Shown one piece after another: positions 1 through 10,171 of a stretch of DNA of 64,000 nucleotides (position 1 is the first letter of the stretch; each line of letters opens with the position of its first letter). This DNA comes from Candidatus Binatia bacterium. Its GTDB lineage: Bacteria; Desulfobacterota; Binatia; UBA9968; CAXXLF01. The stretch covers positions 448,001 to 512,000 of the forward strand of contig CAXXLF010000002.1 of the NCBI GenBank assembly GCA_963664015.2. The letters run 5' to 3'. The notes under the pieces are model-generated. The model ran no database searches. It was not told the origin of the DNA and saw nothing but the letters and a program-made list of their open reading frames with translations. The position numbers and the translations under genes are program-made.

Positions 1-371
1 TCGACCATGCCCTGGGACAAGTGGGCCTTTCATCTTGGTCCGACGCCTACGGATCATCGTTATCCCACGGCATGAAGTGTCGGCTTGCCATAGCCAAATG
101 GAGCCTCATTGAGCCGAGCCTGCTCCTTCTGGACGAGCCCTACGGAGTTCTGGATGGTTCCGGTGTGGATCTTTTAGAGAGTTTTCTCAAGCGCCTTTGC
201 CAAAAAGGAGCTATCGTTGTGATGGCCACCCATAACGTTCAAAGGGTTCTAGCTCTCTGCACTAGGGCCCTGATCTTAAATGGCGGGAAGGTTATCTTCG
301 ATGAACCCCGGCAGGAACCGTGGAAGAGTTTTCATGCGGCCTTTGCCGACTTTCTACCCAGTGAAGAATAA
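1..371 (+). CDS. ccmA: Heme ABC exporter ATP-binding subunit, 5'-truncated by the window edge
   Basis: ABC signature-like LSHGMKCRLAIA and Walker B LLLLDEP; stop overlaps the ccmB start. Confidence 0.9.
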   Translation, partial: DHALGQVGLSSWSDAYGSSLSHGMKCRLAIAKWSLIEPSLLLLDEPYGVLDGSGVDLLESFLKRLCQKGAIVVMATHNVQRVLALCTRALILNGGKVIFDEPRQEPWKSFHAAFADFLPSEE

Positions 372-1048
372 TGAACATACTGCGACAGACCTACTGGCTA
401 CTGTGGAAAGATGTACTACTGGAAATCCGGCGCCGGGAAAGTCTGTTGTCGATGTTTTTCTTTGGCACGATTCTGCTTTTTCTCTTCCACTTTTCCTTTG
501 AGATCCCCCGCGACAAAACCGCCGCAATGGCACCGGGACTACTCTGGCTCGCCTTCATCTTTACCGGCACCCTAGCACTGACCCAGCTCTTTCAAGACGA
601 AAAGGAAAGCCAGTGTCTCGATGCACTTCTTTTATGCCCTATGGACCGAGGGGCTCTCTATCTGGCCAAGGTCCTATTCAATTTTCTCATAATGATGCTC
701 GTCGAGCTGGTGATCTTTCCCCTGTTTGGCATCCTGTTCAATCTCGATCTTTGGAACTTATTACCATCATTGTTCGGAGTCGCACTGCTTGGCACCCTTG
801 GTTTCTGCGTCCTGGGAACCCTTTTTTCGGCCCTTACCTTAAGGGCCCGAGCAAAGGAACTTTTACTGCCTCTCATTCTTTTTCCCCTTATGATCCCCTC
901 AATCTTGGGGGCCATAAGGGCCATGCAGATTATCTTCGGGGCCGGAAATTCCGAGGAGCTGTTTCAATGGATCCGCATGCTGATTGTCTTTGATGTGATA
1001 TTTATGACCGTCGGGTTTCTTATTTTCGAATGGGTAATCGAGGAGTAG
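371..1048 (+). CDS. ccmB: Heme exporter permease CcmB
   Basis: 225 aa with about 6 TM segments; N-terminal LLWKDVLLEIRRRE and ELLLPLILFPL motifs; operon position. Confidence 0.93.
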   Translation: MNILRQTYWLLWKDVLLEIRRRESLLSMFFFGTILLFLFHFSFEIPRDKTAAMAPGLLWLAFIFTGTLALTQLFQDEKESQCLDALLLCPMDRGALYLAKVLFNFLIMMLVELVIFPLFGILFNLDLWNLLPSLFGVALLGTLGFCVLGTLFSALTLRARAKELLLPLILFPLMIPSILGAIRAMQIIFGAGNSEELFQWIRMLIVFDVIFMTVGFLIFEWVIEE

Positions 1049-1050
1049 AT

Positions 1051-1767
1051 ATGCCAACGTCTGCAAAAGGGACAGGGAAAACAAGAAAAGTTCTTGGAGC
1101 ACTTGTTTTCATTTTCGTTCTCCTGGGTCTTTATTGGGGACTCCTCCATGCTCCGACTCATCCTGTCCAGTTAGACATACAGCGAATCATGTACCTCCAC
1201 ATTCCTAGCATACTGACCGCTTATCTTGCTTTTTTTATCGTCTTCGTTGGTAGTTGTCTCTATCTATGGAAAGGGGAACGACGTGATGACATATTAGCTA
1301 ATTCAGCGGCCGAGATCGGAGTTCTCCTAACTGCGGTCACAATCATCACGGGAATTTTATGGGGTAAAAAGACATGGTTCAGTCCTGGAGATTGGTGGAC
1401 CTGGGATGCCCGTCTTACCCTAACTGCGCTTTTGTTGCTCATTTTCGTAGGGTACCTCATGCTCCGGGCCCTAATAGAAGATGAACGCCGCGGGGCGGTT
1501 TGCGGGGCGGTGCTCGGCATTATCGGCTTTCTCGATATTCCACTCATTCATATGGCCGTTCATTGGTTTCAGACATTGCATCAAGCGCCATCGATTTTGC
1601 AAACTGAAAAGGCGCCATGGGAGAATATCCCCCCCGATTGGCTTGTTCCTCTATCCATTAACTTTATTGCCTTTATCCTCCTTTTCTTTTATCTTCTGTC
1701 ACTACGCCTTCACGTGGGCGAAATCGAAGAGGAAATCAAAAAACTCAAGCTTTACGGGAGGGCCTAA
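1051..1767 (+). CDS. ccmC: Heme chaperone-loading membrane protein CcmC
   Basis: RIMYLHIP, tryptophan-rich WG..TW...WWTWDARLT motif and TLHQ; ATG at 1051 follows a GAGGAG RBS. Confidence 0.93.
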   Translation: MPTSAKGTGKTRKVLGALVFIFVLLGLYWGLLHAPTHPVQLDIQRIMYLHIPSILTAYLAFFIVFVGSCLYLWKGERRDDILANSAAEIGVLLTAVTIITGILWGKKTWFSPGDWWTWDARLTLTALLLLIFVGYLMLRALIEDERRGAVCGAVLGIIGFLDIPLIHMAVHWFQTLHQAPSILQTEKAPWENIPPDWLVPLSINFIAFILLFFYLLSLRLHVGEIEEEIKKLKLYGRA

Positions 1768-1916
1768 TGGGACATTGGGGTTTTGTGTTTCTTGCCTACG
1801 GGATTGTTTGGTCCGCCATCCTCTTGTACCTGACCTTTCTCAACCGTAGACTTAATAGGGCAAACGGCGAAAGGGCTTTACTTGAAGGATTAAACCGATC
1901 TGAAGACAATGAATAG
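1767..1916 (+). CDS. ccmD: Heme exporter protein CcmD (49 aa, below the ORF-track cutoff)
   Basis: Hand translation MGHWGFVFLAYGIVWSAILLYLTFLNRRLNRANGERALLEGLNRSEDNE: F(V)xxAYG motif, one TM segment, charged tail; overlaps the ccmC stop and the ccmE start. Confidence 0.85.
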   Translation: MGHWGFVFLAYGIVWSAILLYLTFLNRRLNRANGERALLEGLNRSEDNE

Positions 1917-2352
1917 GCGTAGAAGATTCATTATTGGAGCCATCATCATCCTGGCCGCCCTGTCGTATCTTATATATGGCGGCGTGAAGGAGGCGATGGT
2001 TTATTTTATCACCCCCACCGAGTTGAAGGCGCAAGAGGCTATTCCTGGGGATAAGTTTTATCGGGTCGGAGGTATGGTCCTAGCCGGCTCGCTAAAGAAG
2101 AACCTTCAATCACGCACCTTTCAGTTTCAACTGACCGACGGTGTCCAGACCATACCCGTTTACTATCAGGGCGTTCCCCCGGACCTATTTAGAGAGGGGG
2201 CGGGAGCAGTCATAGAAGGGCGGGTAAGACAGGACGGAGTCTTTAACGCTACAACCATCATGGCCAAGCACTCTGAAGAGTACAGCCCCAAGAAAGAGGG
2301 ACATACGGAATTGCGAAGCTTCCTTCCCGGCAAGGAGCAAGGAGCACGGTGA
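1909..2352 (+). CDS. ccmE: Heme chaperone CcmE
   Basis: YFITPTE, RVGGMV, PDLFREG and canonical heme-binding AKHxxxY (KHSEEY). Confidence 0.95.
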   Translation: MNRRRRFIIGAIIILAALSYLIYGGVKEAMVYFITPTELKAQEAIPGDKFYRVGGMVLAGSLKKNLQSRTFQFQLTDGVQTIPVYYQGVPPDLFREGAGAVIEGRVRQDGVFNATTIMAKHSEEYSPKKEGHTELRSFLPGKEQGAR

Positions 2353-4310
2353 CAGCAACCCTCGGGTATACTTGTCTCATATTAGCTCTGGCGCTGGCCC
2401 TCTGGGGCATTCTGGCCCCCATCCTTTATAGCAATAGCACAACCCATCAGCAGCGCATCTTCACTGCAATCCGGCTCGGCATCGTGGGACAATTTGTCTT
2501 TGTTACCCTGGCCGCATCGACGCTTATCTACGCCCTGGTTACCACCGATTTTTCGATTCAGTATGTTGCCTTCAACACCACCCGTAACACCCCCGTCTAC
2601 TATCGCGTGACCGGACTGTGGGGCGCACTGGAGGGCTCGCTCCTTTTATGGGAGTGGATCCTCATTATATTCTCGGCCCTTGTAGCCTGGATCTATAAGG
2701 ATCAACACCGTGACCTGGTACCCTGGGTCTTGATGATCTTTTCCATCGTATCGGCGTTCTTTCTCGCAGTCATCGCCTTTGCCTCCAATCCATTTGAAAT
2801 CATGTCACCCATTCCTGCCGATGGGCGAGGGCTCAATCCGCTTCTCGAAGACGCCAATATGCTGACCCATCCACCGCTGCTCTATACTGGATTTGTCGGT
2901 CTCACCGTTCCCTTCGCCTTTGCCATGGCGGCCCTCATTACCGGCAAACTGGACGAAAGATGGATTGTGACCACACGTAAATGGACACTCATCGCGTGGT
3001 TCTTCCTGACCCTGGGTAATCTGGTCGGAGCGTGGTGGTCCTACCATGTTCTAGGTTGGGGAGGGTACTGGGCCTGGGATCCAGTGGAAAACGCAGCCTT
3101 TATGCCCTGGCTTCCCGCTACGGCCTTCCTGCATTCGATTCAGGTGCAAGAACGACGTAGCATGCTCAAGGTTTGGAACCTGTCGTTGATTTTCCTTGCC
3201 TTCAGCCTGACTATCTTCGGCACCTTCTTGACGCGCTCGGGCATCCTATCATCCATTCACGCCTTCGCCTCTGGACCGGTGGGTTCGCTCTTTCTCGCTT
3301 TTTTGGCCTTTGTGTTACTCAGCTCCTTTGGACTGCTCGCCTATCGTTCCGGCCAACTCAAGGGCCAACCCGAGTTGGATGCTGTCGTGAGCCGGGAGTC
3401 GGCTTTTCTCCTCAACAACGTTGTCCTGGTATCGGCCCTCTTTACCATATTCCTCGGGACCATTTTCCCTCTTTTATCCGAGGCCATAGTCGGTGTTCAG
3501 GTAAGTGTCGGGGCACCCTATTTCAATTCGGTGACCGCACCGCTGTTTCTCTTTTTGGTTTTTCTCATGGGAGTCGGCCCCATGATCGCATGGCGCAAGG
3601 CCTCCTGGGATAATCTGAGGCGTAACTTTCTCTGGCCGTGTATTGTCTCTCTCATCGTCGGGATGGGGCTCTTTATCTGGCAGATCCGATCTTTCATGCC
3701 GCTTTTGGGCTTTACCCTGATTGCCTTCGTGATCTTCACCATCCTGTTCGACACCTGGGCCGCCGTCCGGGCACGCCACCGCATCGCCGGCGAAGGACTC
3801 TTCCGCGCCCTGAGAACACTGGTAAGCAGGAACCAACGCCGTTACGCCGGACTGGTAGTACACCTGGGGGTGGTTCTCGTCGTCATGGGCATAGTAGGCT
3901 CCATGAGCTACAGCGTCGAACGTGAGGCGACAATGCAGCGAGGGGAGACTCTGGAGGTGGATCCTTATACGGTGCGCTTCGATGCGATCAGCGGATCTGA
4001 GCAACCAACCCATTTCCGAGTCGAGGGGAACTTCCGTGTCTTTAACAACGGCACCGACCTGGGAACCATGTCTCCCGCCCTTAAATTTTACCCGTCGCAG
4101 AAATCCCCCATCGGCAGAGCGGTTCACCACATGACCCTGGGAAGTGATCTCTACTTGATTCTCTCAGGCTTCAGCGAGTTGACGCAGAACCAGGCAACCC
4201 TGAAGGTCTTGGTGCGCCCGCTGGTTAGTTGGATTTGGGTGGGTGGGCTTGTCATGACCCTGGGAACGATAATCGCTATTTGGCCCATGCGGCGTAAATC
4301 GGAGCAGTAA
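2349..4310 (+). CDS. ccmF: Cytochrome c heme lyase CcmF
   Basis: 653 aa; WGALEGSLLLW, GLNPLL..HPP, WGGYWAWDPVEN and TRSG..SSIHAF. Confidence 0.97.
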   Translation: MTATLGYTCLILALALALWGILAPILYSNSTTHQQRIFTAIRLGIVGQFVFVTLAASTLIYALVTTDFSIQYVAFNTTRNTPVYYRVTGLWGALEGSLLLWEWILIIFSALVAWIYKDQHRDLVPWVLMIFSIVSAFFLAVIAFASNPFEIMSPIPADGRGLNPLLEDANMLTHPPLLYTGFVGLTVPFAFAMAALITGKLDERWIVTTRKWTLIAWFFLTLGNLVGAWWSYHVLGWGGYWAWDPVENAAFMPWLPATAFLHSIQVQERRSMLKVWNLSLIFLAFSLTIFGTFLTRSGILSSIHAFASGPVGSLFLAFLAFVLLSSFGLLAYRSGQLKGQPELDAVVSRESAFLLNNVVLVSALFTIFLGTIFPLLSEAIVGVQVSVGAPYFNSVTAPLFLFLVFLMGVGPMIAWRKASWDNLRRNFLWPCIVSLIVGMGLFIWQIRSFMPLLGFTLIAFVIFTILFDTWAAVRARHRIAGEGLFRALRTLVSRNQRRYAGLVVHLGVVLVVMGIVGSMSYSVEREATMQRGETLEVDPYTVRFDAISGSEQPTHFRVEGNFRVFNNGTDLGTMSPALKFYPSQKSPIGRAVHHMTLGSDLYLILSGFSELTQNQATLKVLVRPLVSWIWVGGLVMTLGTIIAIWPMRRKSEQ

Positions 4311-4311
4311 A

Positions 4312-4884
4312 ATTAGTAAACCGTGGCAACGTTTGGGCATCACGCTGTTCGTTATCCTGGCGCTCCTCGGGCTGCTGGCGTACGGATTCAGCCGCGATCC
4401 CCGTTATATTACTTCACCGCTGATCGGCCGTCCCGCCCCAACCTTTACTCTCACGCTTTTTGACGGTCAGACGCTTAGCCTTGAAGATCTACGGGGAAAG
4501 GTCGTCTTCCTCAACTTCTGGGCCTCATGGTGTCCCCCCTGTCGGGAAGAAGCCCGGGAAATGGAAAGCATTTGGAAGAATCTCAAGCAAAAGGATACGG
4601 TCTTTCTCGGGGTCAACATCCAGGATACCGAGCCCGACGCCAAAAACTTTCTCAAACAGTTTGGGATCACCTACCGAAACGGCCGGGATATGTTGGGAAA
4701 GATATCTGTCGACTACGGTGTATGGGGTATCCCCGAGACCTTTTTCATTGATCCCCAAGGACAAATCACTTACAAGCATGTAGGCACTCTGGGTTGGCCA
4801 ATCATCAGTGCCAAACTGGACGAGGCCAGACGCCGCGTCGTCAGCGCTAGCGAGGGGAAGGGCTCCTATCAACCGATCCGGTGA
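4312..4884 (+). CDS. TlpA/CcmG-like periplasmic thiol:disulfide oxidoreductase
   Basis: NFWASWCPPC and YGVWGIPETFFID; N-terminal membrane anchor; start uncertain (ATT 4312 or TTG 4333). Confidence 0.88.
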   Translation: MSKPWQRLGITLFVILALLGLLAYGFSRDPRYITSPLIGRPAPTFTLTLFDGQTLSLEDLRGKVVFLNFWASWCPPCREEAREMESIWKNLKQKDTVFLGVNIQDTEPDAKNFLKQFGITYRNGRDMLGKISVDYGVWGIPETFFIDPQGQITYKHVGTLGWPIISAKLDEARRRVVSASEGKGSYQPIR

Positions 4885-4888
4885 TCTT

Positions 4889-6562
4889 ATGGTAAAACGA
4901 GTTTTAATAACTCTGTGGCTGCTCGCTTGTGTGCCTACCCTTTCGTCGGGGGCCCAGCCGACGGAACTTGAGGAGCAGGTCCGTGTCATAGCCGCCGATC
5001 TGCGCTGTCCCGTCTGTCAAAATCTCTCCGCCGCCGATTCCCCGTCGGAGTTGGCTCAGCAGATGCGAGCGATTATTAAATCGCAACTCGAGGAAGGCAA
5101 GACCCCGGACCAAGTTAGGGCCTTCTTTGTTTCCAAGTACGGAGAGTGGGTGCTGCTGTCGCCCACTAAAAGCGGTTTCAGTCTTCTCGTCTGGGTGCTT
5201 CCCTATCTGGCGCTCGCCGGTGGTTTAATCTTTGTCGTATTTGTGATACGACGCTGGGCTCGAGCGAAGCCCAATAACCAATCAAAGGACCTGTCCCCGG
5301 ATCTGCTGCAACGGATTCAAAAGGATCTTCGGGCCGACAAGGCGTGGGACAGCAAGGCCGACATCGAAGGACCCCATGGACCGCTCTTTCGTGAACGGGC
5401 GCGGCTCTATACGGAGCTTCGTGATCTGGAATTCGATTACCAGGCGGGCAGGATTTCCAAAACAGATTATGAGGAGCTTCGCCGCGGCTACGAGGAACAA
5501 GCCTCGGTTGTGTTGAAAGAGCTGGATACAATCTCGCCGGCAACTTTAGCTGAGCCGGCTCCCGAGTCTGAGCCCATGGGTCAAACCGTCACCAACCCCA
5601 CCTCAGCCGGCTCCCGCCGGACGTGGATCTTTCCTGCTATTGCAACGTTCCTGTTGATCTTCGGCGTGACTCTGGGAGTCCTATTGAGCAACTCCCTGCG
5701 GACTAGAACCTCAACCGATGACAGCATTACCGGAGATTTCCTGACCGGAACTTCGAGCCAGGGTGACCCTTCCGGTTCCACCGTGGGGGCACAGGATCTG
5801 CCATCTCTGCTTGCCCAGGGCCGCGGCGCCTTCGAGCGCCAGGAGTGGCCCAAAGCTATCGATGCGTTCAAACGAATATTGGCTATGGATGCTAATCAAC
5901 CGGAAGCAAACTCCTATATGGGGCTGATTTTAGCGGATGCTGGGCATGCGGACTCGGCCCTCACGGCCTTTGATCGGGCTCTTTCCATCAACCCCAACTA
6001 CCCCCTCGCACTTTTGGGCAGCGGCATGGTGTTGTACCGCCAAAAGGGAGACACCGACGGCGGAAGCCAGAGGCTTAAAAAACTGCTCGGCACTCTTCCC
6101 CCTGGACCGGAGAAAGAGCAGCTCAAGAAAACGATCGCTGAAATGGGCAAAGGCGGAGACGAAGGCGAAGGGGCCGTCACCCAGGCCGGAGTACCGAAAG
6201 AATCGGTCCAAGGAGCCATAACCGGAACCATAGCGATGGACCCCAAACTCAAATCCCAGCAGAGCGGCCAGGGTGTGCTTTTTATTATCGCACGGTCAGC
6301 CGGCACTCAAGGGGGACCACCCCTGGCCGTAAGAAGATTTGAACGCCCGGCCTTTCCTTTCAAATATTCCCTCGGGCAAGACAACACGATGATTCCGGGG
6401 ACCCAATTTAAAGGAAAAATGGTAATCACAGCCCGTCTGGACAAGGACGGCAATCCCGTTACCCGGGGAGCGGGCGACCTTACGGGAGCCTATAAAAACA
6501 ATCCCGTAGACGTGGATTCGCAAAAACAAGTAGATATTGTATTAGATCAGAAAACGCCGTAG
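4889..6562 (+). CDS. ccmH: CcmH fused to CcmI/CycH-like coiled and TPR regions plus a C-terminal beta domain
   Basis: LRCPVCQN and FFVSKYGEWVLL (CcmH); LEFDYQAGRISKTDY; TPR-like helices; C-terminal PPLAV..FPFKYSL..ARLDKDG. Confidence 0.88.
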   Translation: MVKRVLITLWLLACVPTLSSGAQPTELEEQVRVIAADLRCPVCQNLSAADSPSELAQQMRAIIKSQLEEGKTPDQVRAFFVSKYGEWVLLSPTKSGFSLLVWVLPYLALAGGLIFVVFVIRRWARAKPNNQSKDLSPDLLQRIQKDLRADKAWDSKADIEGPHGPLFRERARLYTELRDLEFDYQAGRISKTDYEELRRGYEEQASVVLKELDTISPATLAEPAPESEPMGQTVTNPTSAGSRRTWIFPAIATFLLIFGVTLGVLLSNSLRTRTSTDDSITGDFLTGTSSQGDPSGSTVGAQDLPSLLAQGRGAFERQEWPKAIDAFKRILAMDANQPEANSYMGLILADAGHADSALTAFDRALSINPNYPLALLGSGMVLYRQKGDTDGGSQRLKKLLGTLPPGPEKEQLKKTIAEMGKGGDEGEGAVTQAGVPKESVQGAITGTIAMDPKLKSQQSGQGVLFIIARSAGTQGGPPLAVRRFERPAFPFKYSLGQDNTMIPGTQFKGKMVITARLDKDGNPVTRGAGDLTGAYKNNPVDVDSQKQVDIVLDQKTP

Positions 6563-6585
6563 CACCTATGGGGTCATTGATCCCA

Positions 6586-6635
6586 TTTATCCGCCTTCGC
6601 AGAAGACCACTGGCGTAAGCTCGTGGAGGCTTCAT
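6586..6635 (-). mobile_element. Short, single-hairpin copy of the ATGAAGCC...GGATAAA miniature element
   Basis: Reverse complement atgaagcctccacgagcttacgccagtggtcttctgcgaaggcggataaa matches both ends of the copies at 32673 and 63793. Confidence 0.75.
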
Positions 6636-7522
6636 CTGATCCTATTAAAGATCATCAACGCAGTTTTTTTAACTTTCATATTCGGATCGTTAACGAGTGC
6701 TTGAATTTCTTCTTTGAACGCCCCCAAAGCACTCGCCCCTCCCTCCTCACCCAACCTCTTTAATGCCAATTCCCGAATCCGTGCATCTGAATCTTTTAGG
6801 CACTTTCGGTAAGCTTCCAGGTGCTCTCGAACCTGAACGACCTGCCCGAGACAAACCAAAGCATCGAAGCGGAGGTCGGCGTTCTCGTGGTTTAAGTATT
6901 TGAGATATACCTTTGTGACTTCTTCTCTTTTGGAATAAAATCGCCATAGTTTTAACAGGATGATTCTTTTTTGCTCCAAGGAGCAATGTTCCATTCGATC
7001 CAACAGCAAGCCCAGGATTCGGTCGTCCCTGAGATTGGAAAGGGCATTGACGGCTGCTTGTTGAACTTGAGGATCTTCATCATAGAGTCGTTCGATTAAA
7101 GGAATCGCTGCAGCAGAATTGCCCTCCCATCCTATCGCGAAAGTTGCATGGAGCCTTAGTTCGGGTTCCGGGCTTTCCATCTCTTTCAACAGTCGGTCCA
7201 TCAGTGACTCAGGTTCCTTTAAGAACGGTCCGATGACACTCAGTTGGATAGCAGCATTATACCGAATCTCTTCTTCCTCGGCAGGATCCGTCATCATTTC
7301 GAATAGAGGCCACACCACATGCTCTTTTGCAAAGCTACCGAGAACCCACATAATCTCTTGTTTAAAACCTCGATCCGCATACTTCATGGCCCTCAGAAGC
7401 AGAGGGACAGCTTGATCCCATTCCTCGAAGATGAGCTCGACGGAATCAATATAACTCTTTGCCTTTTTAAGGGTTCTCTCTTTTGGCTCAAGTTTAACGA
7501 CACGGCTCTTCTGCATGGGCAC
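6632..7522 (-). CDS. HEAT repeat protein
   Basis: Repeated L..D.D..VR..A..AL helical units (LYDEDPQVQQAAVNAL, LKDSDARIRELAL). Confidence 0.85.
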   Translation of the reverse strand: MPMQKSRVVKLEPKERTLKKAKSYIDSVELIFEEWDQAVPLLLRAMKYADRGFKQEIMWVLGSFAKEHVVWPLFEMMTDPAEEEEIRYNAAIQLSVIGPFLKEPESLMDRLLKEMESPEPELRLHATFAIGWEGNSAAAIPLIERLYDEDPQVQQAAVNALSNLRDDRILGLLLDRMEHCSLEQKRIILLKLWRFYSKREEVTKVYLKYLNHENADLRFDALVCLGQVVQVREHLEAYRKCLKDSDARIRELALKRLGEEGGASALGAFKEEIQALVNDPNMKVKKTALMIFNRIR

Positions 7523-7561
7523 ATCCAGACTTTCTCACCCCTATTGGGTTGAGTTCTACTT

Positions 7562-8030
7562 CTACCTTGCCTTTGACAAGATCTCCACCACCTGTTGGGA
7601 CTCCATCACGTAGCCAATGAAGTCGTCGATATTCGCTAGACTCGCGTTTTGTACCTCGGTCGTGGCCGAGTAGGTGCAGTCTCGCAAGGCGACGGTGACG
7701 AGATCCCTCACTTTGGCGTCCCGTGCGAGCCATTCCACGCCCCAATTGGTACTCCCACCGACCACGATAAGGATCCAAACTCCTTTGCTTCTCTGCAGCT
7801 TTTCCATCTTAGTGCCGTAAAACCCGCTCGATATGACTTTCGTCACCACATAGTCTTTGGCCGTGGGCTTGAGCTCGTCGATGACCTCCGCCCCGGGCGT
7901 TCCTTTCAAACAGATGCCGGGGGTTCGGGCCTGCTTAGATATGGAGCCCGTTCAGGTAGAAACCCTATATAGGGATCGTTCTCGACTCGCGTATAGATGA
8001 CCGGGATAGGAAGCGAATGGGCCAGCCTTC
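7562..8030 (-). pseudogene. Isochorismatase/cysteine hydrolase family remnant (N-terminus missing, frameshift near 7910-7930)
   Basis: IPVIYTR in one frame, then GTPGAEVIDEL..K..SSGFYGT..G.STNWGVE..ARDA..RD in another. Confidence 0.7.
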
Positions 8031-8394
8031 CTTCGTTTTGGATGGACAAAATCCGATAACCGCCTATTATGTCAACCCGATGTCGGTTTTGAGGCAGGGC
8101 TGGACACTGGTTATTCCCAAATAGCAATAAGGCAAGAGGGACAAAACAATTTATCCTATCCATTCCAAACTTGGCGGGCTTTGCGTCTTTGCGGCGTGCC
8201 CGGTGGAATATCGTTTCGACAGGAGCGTTATCGTTTCATTCACGGCATTATTCCACGGAGCACGCGCTGTGGAATAGGGCTTCAGGCGAATAACCTGACC
8301 TTGGTCGAGCCTATATTCCACAGGGCGAGTCATCTTTTCCCCGATTCCGTAACCCAACATTAAACCGAAAGTTTCAAATTTCTCTGATTTGGGT

Positions 8395-8745
8395 TCAGTC
8401 GCAGTAAAACTCCACCGAGTACCCATTAAGATCGCGGAAGTAGATGCTGTTCTTTCCCCTTCGACCTTCAATCTTCACGCGGTGTTTTTTGAGGTTCTTT
8501 TCCACTCGATTCATGGCCGCCCGGGTAACTCTAAAACCAAAGTGCTCCAGCCCTTGGGTCGCGGTGATTCTTCCTGGGCTCTTTACGAAGTCGAGCAGGT
8601 CGTCTCCCCTGGGCCAACGCAAAAACACCCTCTTGGGAGGAGAACGGAAGGCCACTTTCAGACCGAGGACATTGGTGTAGAAGCGTTCCGTAGCCTCGAG
8701 GTCGCGGGTTTTCAAAGATATGTGTCGTAATCCGCTGCCGGGCAT
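8395..8745 (-). CDS. VOC/glyoxalase family protein
   Basis: LRHISLKTRDLEATERFYTNVLGL, HFGF and SIYFRDLNGYSVE; AGGAGG RBS before ATG 8745. Confidence 0.88.
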   Translation of the reverse strand: MPGSGLRHISLKTRDLEATERFYTNVLGLKVAFRSPPKRVFLRWPRGDDLLDFVKSPGRITATQGLEHFGFRVTRAAMNRVEKNLKKHRVKIEGRRGKNSIYFRDLNGYSVEFYCD

Positions 8746-8761
8746 ATTTTTCGTCCTCCTA

Positions 8762-10171
8762 CTATGATTTTTCCTTAGACCTTTCCATGGCGAAAAAGAT
8801 CTTCTCCGATGTGATGGGAAGTTCCTTGAGGCGAATCCCCACAGCATCGTAAAGGGCGTTTCCAATGGCGGGGGCGACCGGGATCAACGATGTTTCGCCG
8901 ATTCCTTTGGCTCCGTAGGGTCCCTCCGTGTGAGGGACCTCCACCGAGATGGTTTCGATCACCTCCGGCATGTCCCCAAGGGCAGGGATATTGTAATCAA
9001 TCAAATTGGGATTGAGCAATTGCCCGTTGTCGAACACAACCTGTTCGTAAAGGGCTTGCCCCATGCCCGTAATCGCCGCACCGGCCAGTTGTTGTCGGCA
9101 GCCCTCGGGATTGATCGCTTTGCCCACATCCACTGCGGTCACGTATTTGAGGACCTTGAGCTTACCGGTTTCACGATTCACTTCCACCTCGACCGCACCG
9201 GCCCCCACAAACCAGAAAACCGAAGTCATTGTTTCACCTGGCTTAATCAGGGTCTGGCTACGGACCTCCCCTCGACCAATAAGCGTGCCACCGGGCATAC
9301 CATAACGTTTGTCGAGCACCTCCCCATACTCCAGGGTCGTTTCGACAAACTGCACCTTTCCATTGGCGAAACCTACCTGATCGAGGGGAACTCCGTATTC
9401 GGCTACGACGATGTACTTCAGCTGTTGGCATAGATCCTGAGCTGCCAATTGGACCGCTTTCCCCATGTGAAACGTGAAACGGCTCGAGGAAGTCGTCAAG
9501 TCGTACGGAACCACGTCCGAATCGACCGCCATGACACGGATCCTCTCCAACGGAATACCAAGCTCCTTGCTGGCGATGAGGGCCAGTGTGGTCTCGGAGC
9601 CCTGACCCATTTCGATGGTCCCGGCATAGAGGGTCAGGCTGCAATCCTCATTGAGCTTCAAGGCCGACGATGAGGCCGAGGGTGTAATGGTCCCCTTGAT
9701 GAGACAAGCGAGACCCTTGCCCCTTTGGAAGTGAGTTTCGGATGGATGACGGTCCTTCTCCTGCCACCGGATAGCCGTCGCCACCTTTTGCAGGCAGCTC
9801 TTGAGTCCAATGCTGGTCAAAGTCTCTCTCGTGACAAATTCGCCTCCCTCTTCGTAGGCGTTCTTGAGACGGATCTCGAGCGGATCCATCTTCAGGGCCT
9901 GGGCCATCATGTCCGTGTGGGACTCAATTGCCCAAGCCGATTGTGATACCCCGAAGCCCCGAAAGGCCCCTACCGATGGCTTATGGGTGTAAACCGCCAT
10001 TGCATCGATCTTGACATGGGGTATGTGATACGGGCCCGCTGCCGTGCTGCCCGATTTCATCGCTACCCGAGGACCAATCTCCGCATAGACGACCGCCTCT
10101 CCCTTGTATCGCTTGAGCAGCAGACAGGCATCGCCAATTGCCGTTGGTTCGTGGTATTCAAAGTTTCGCAT
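8762..10171 (-). pseudogene. Xanthine/CO dehydrogenase-family chimera: about 28 aa of the FAD subunit fused in frame to the C-terminal part of the molybdopterin subunit
   Basis: MRNFEYHEPT..DAC.LL (CoxM-type start) joined to YAEIGP...GPY.IP...GAFRGFG, EMGQG and GPYGAKGIGE (CoxL-type). Confidence 0.8.
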
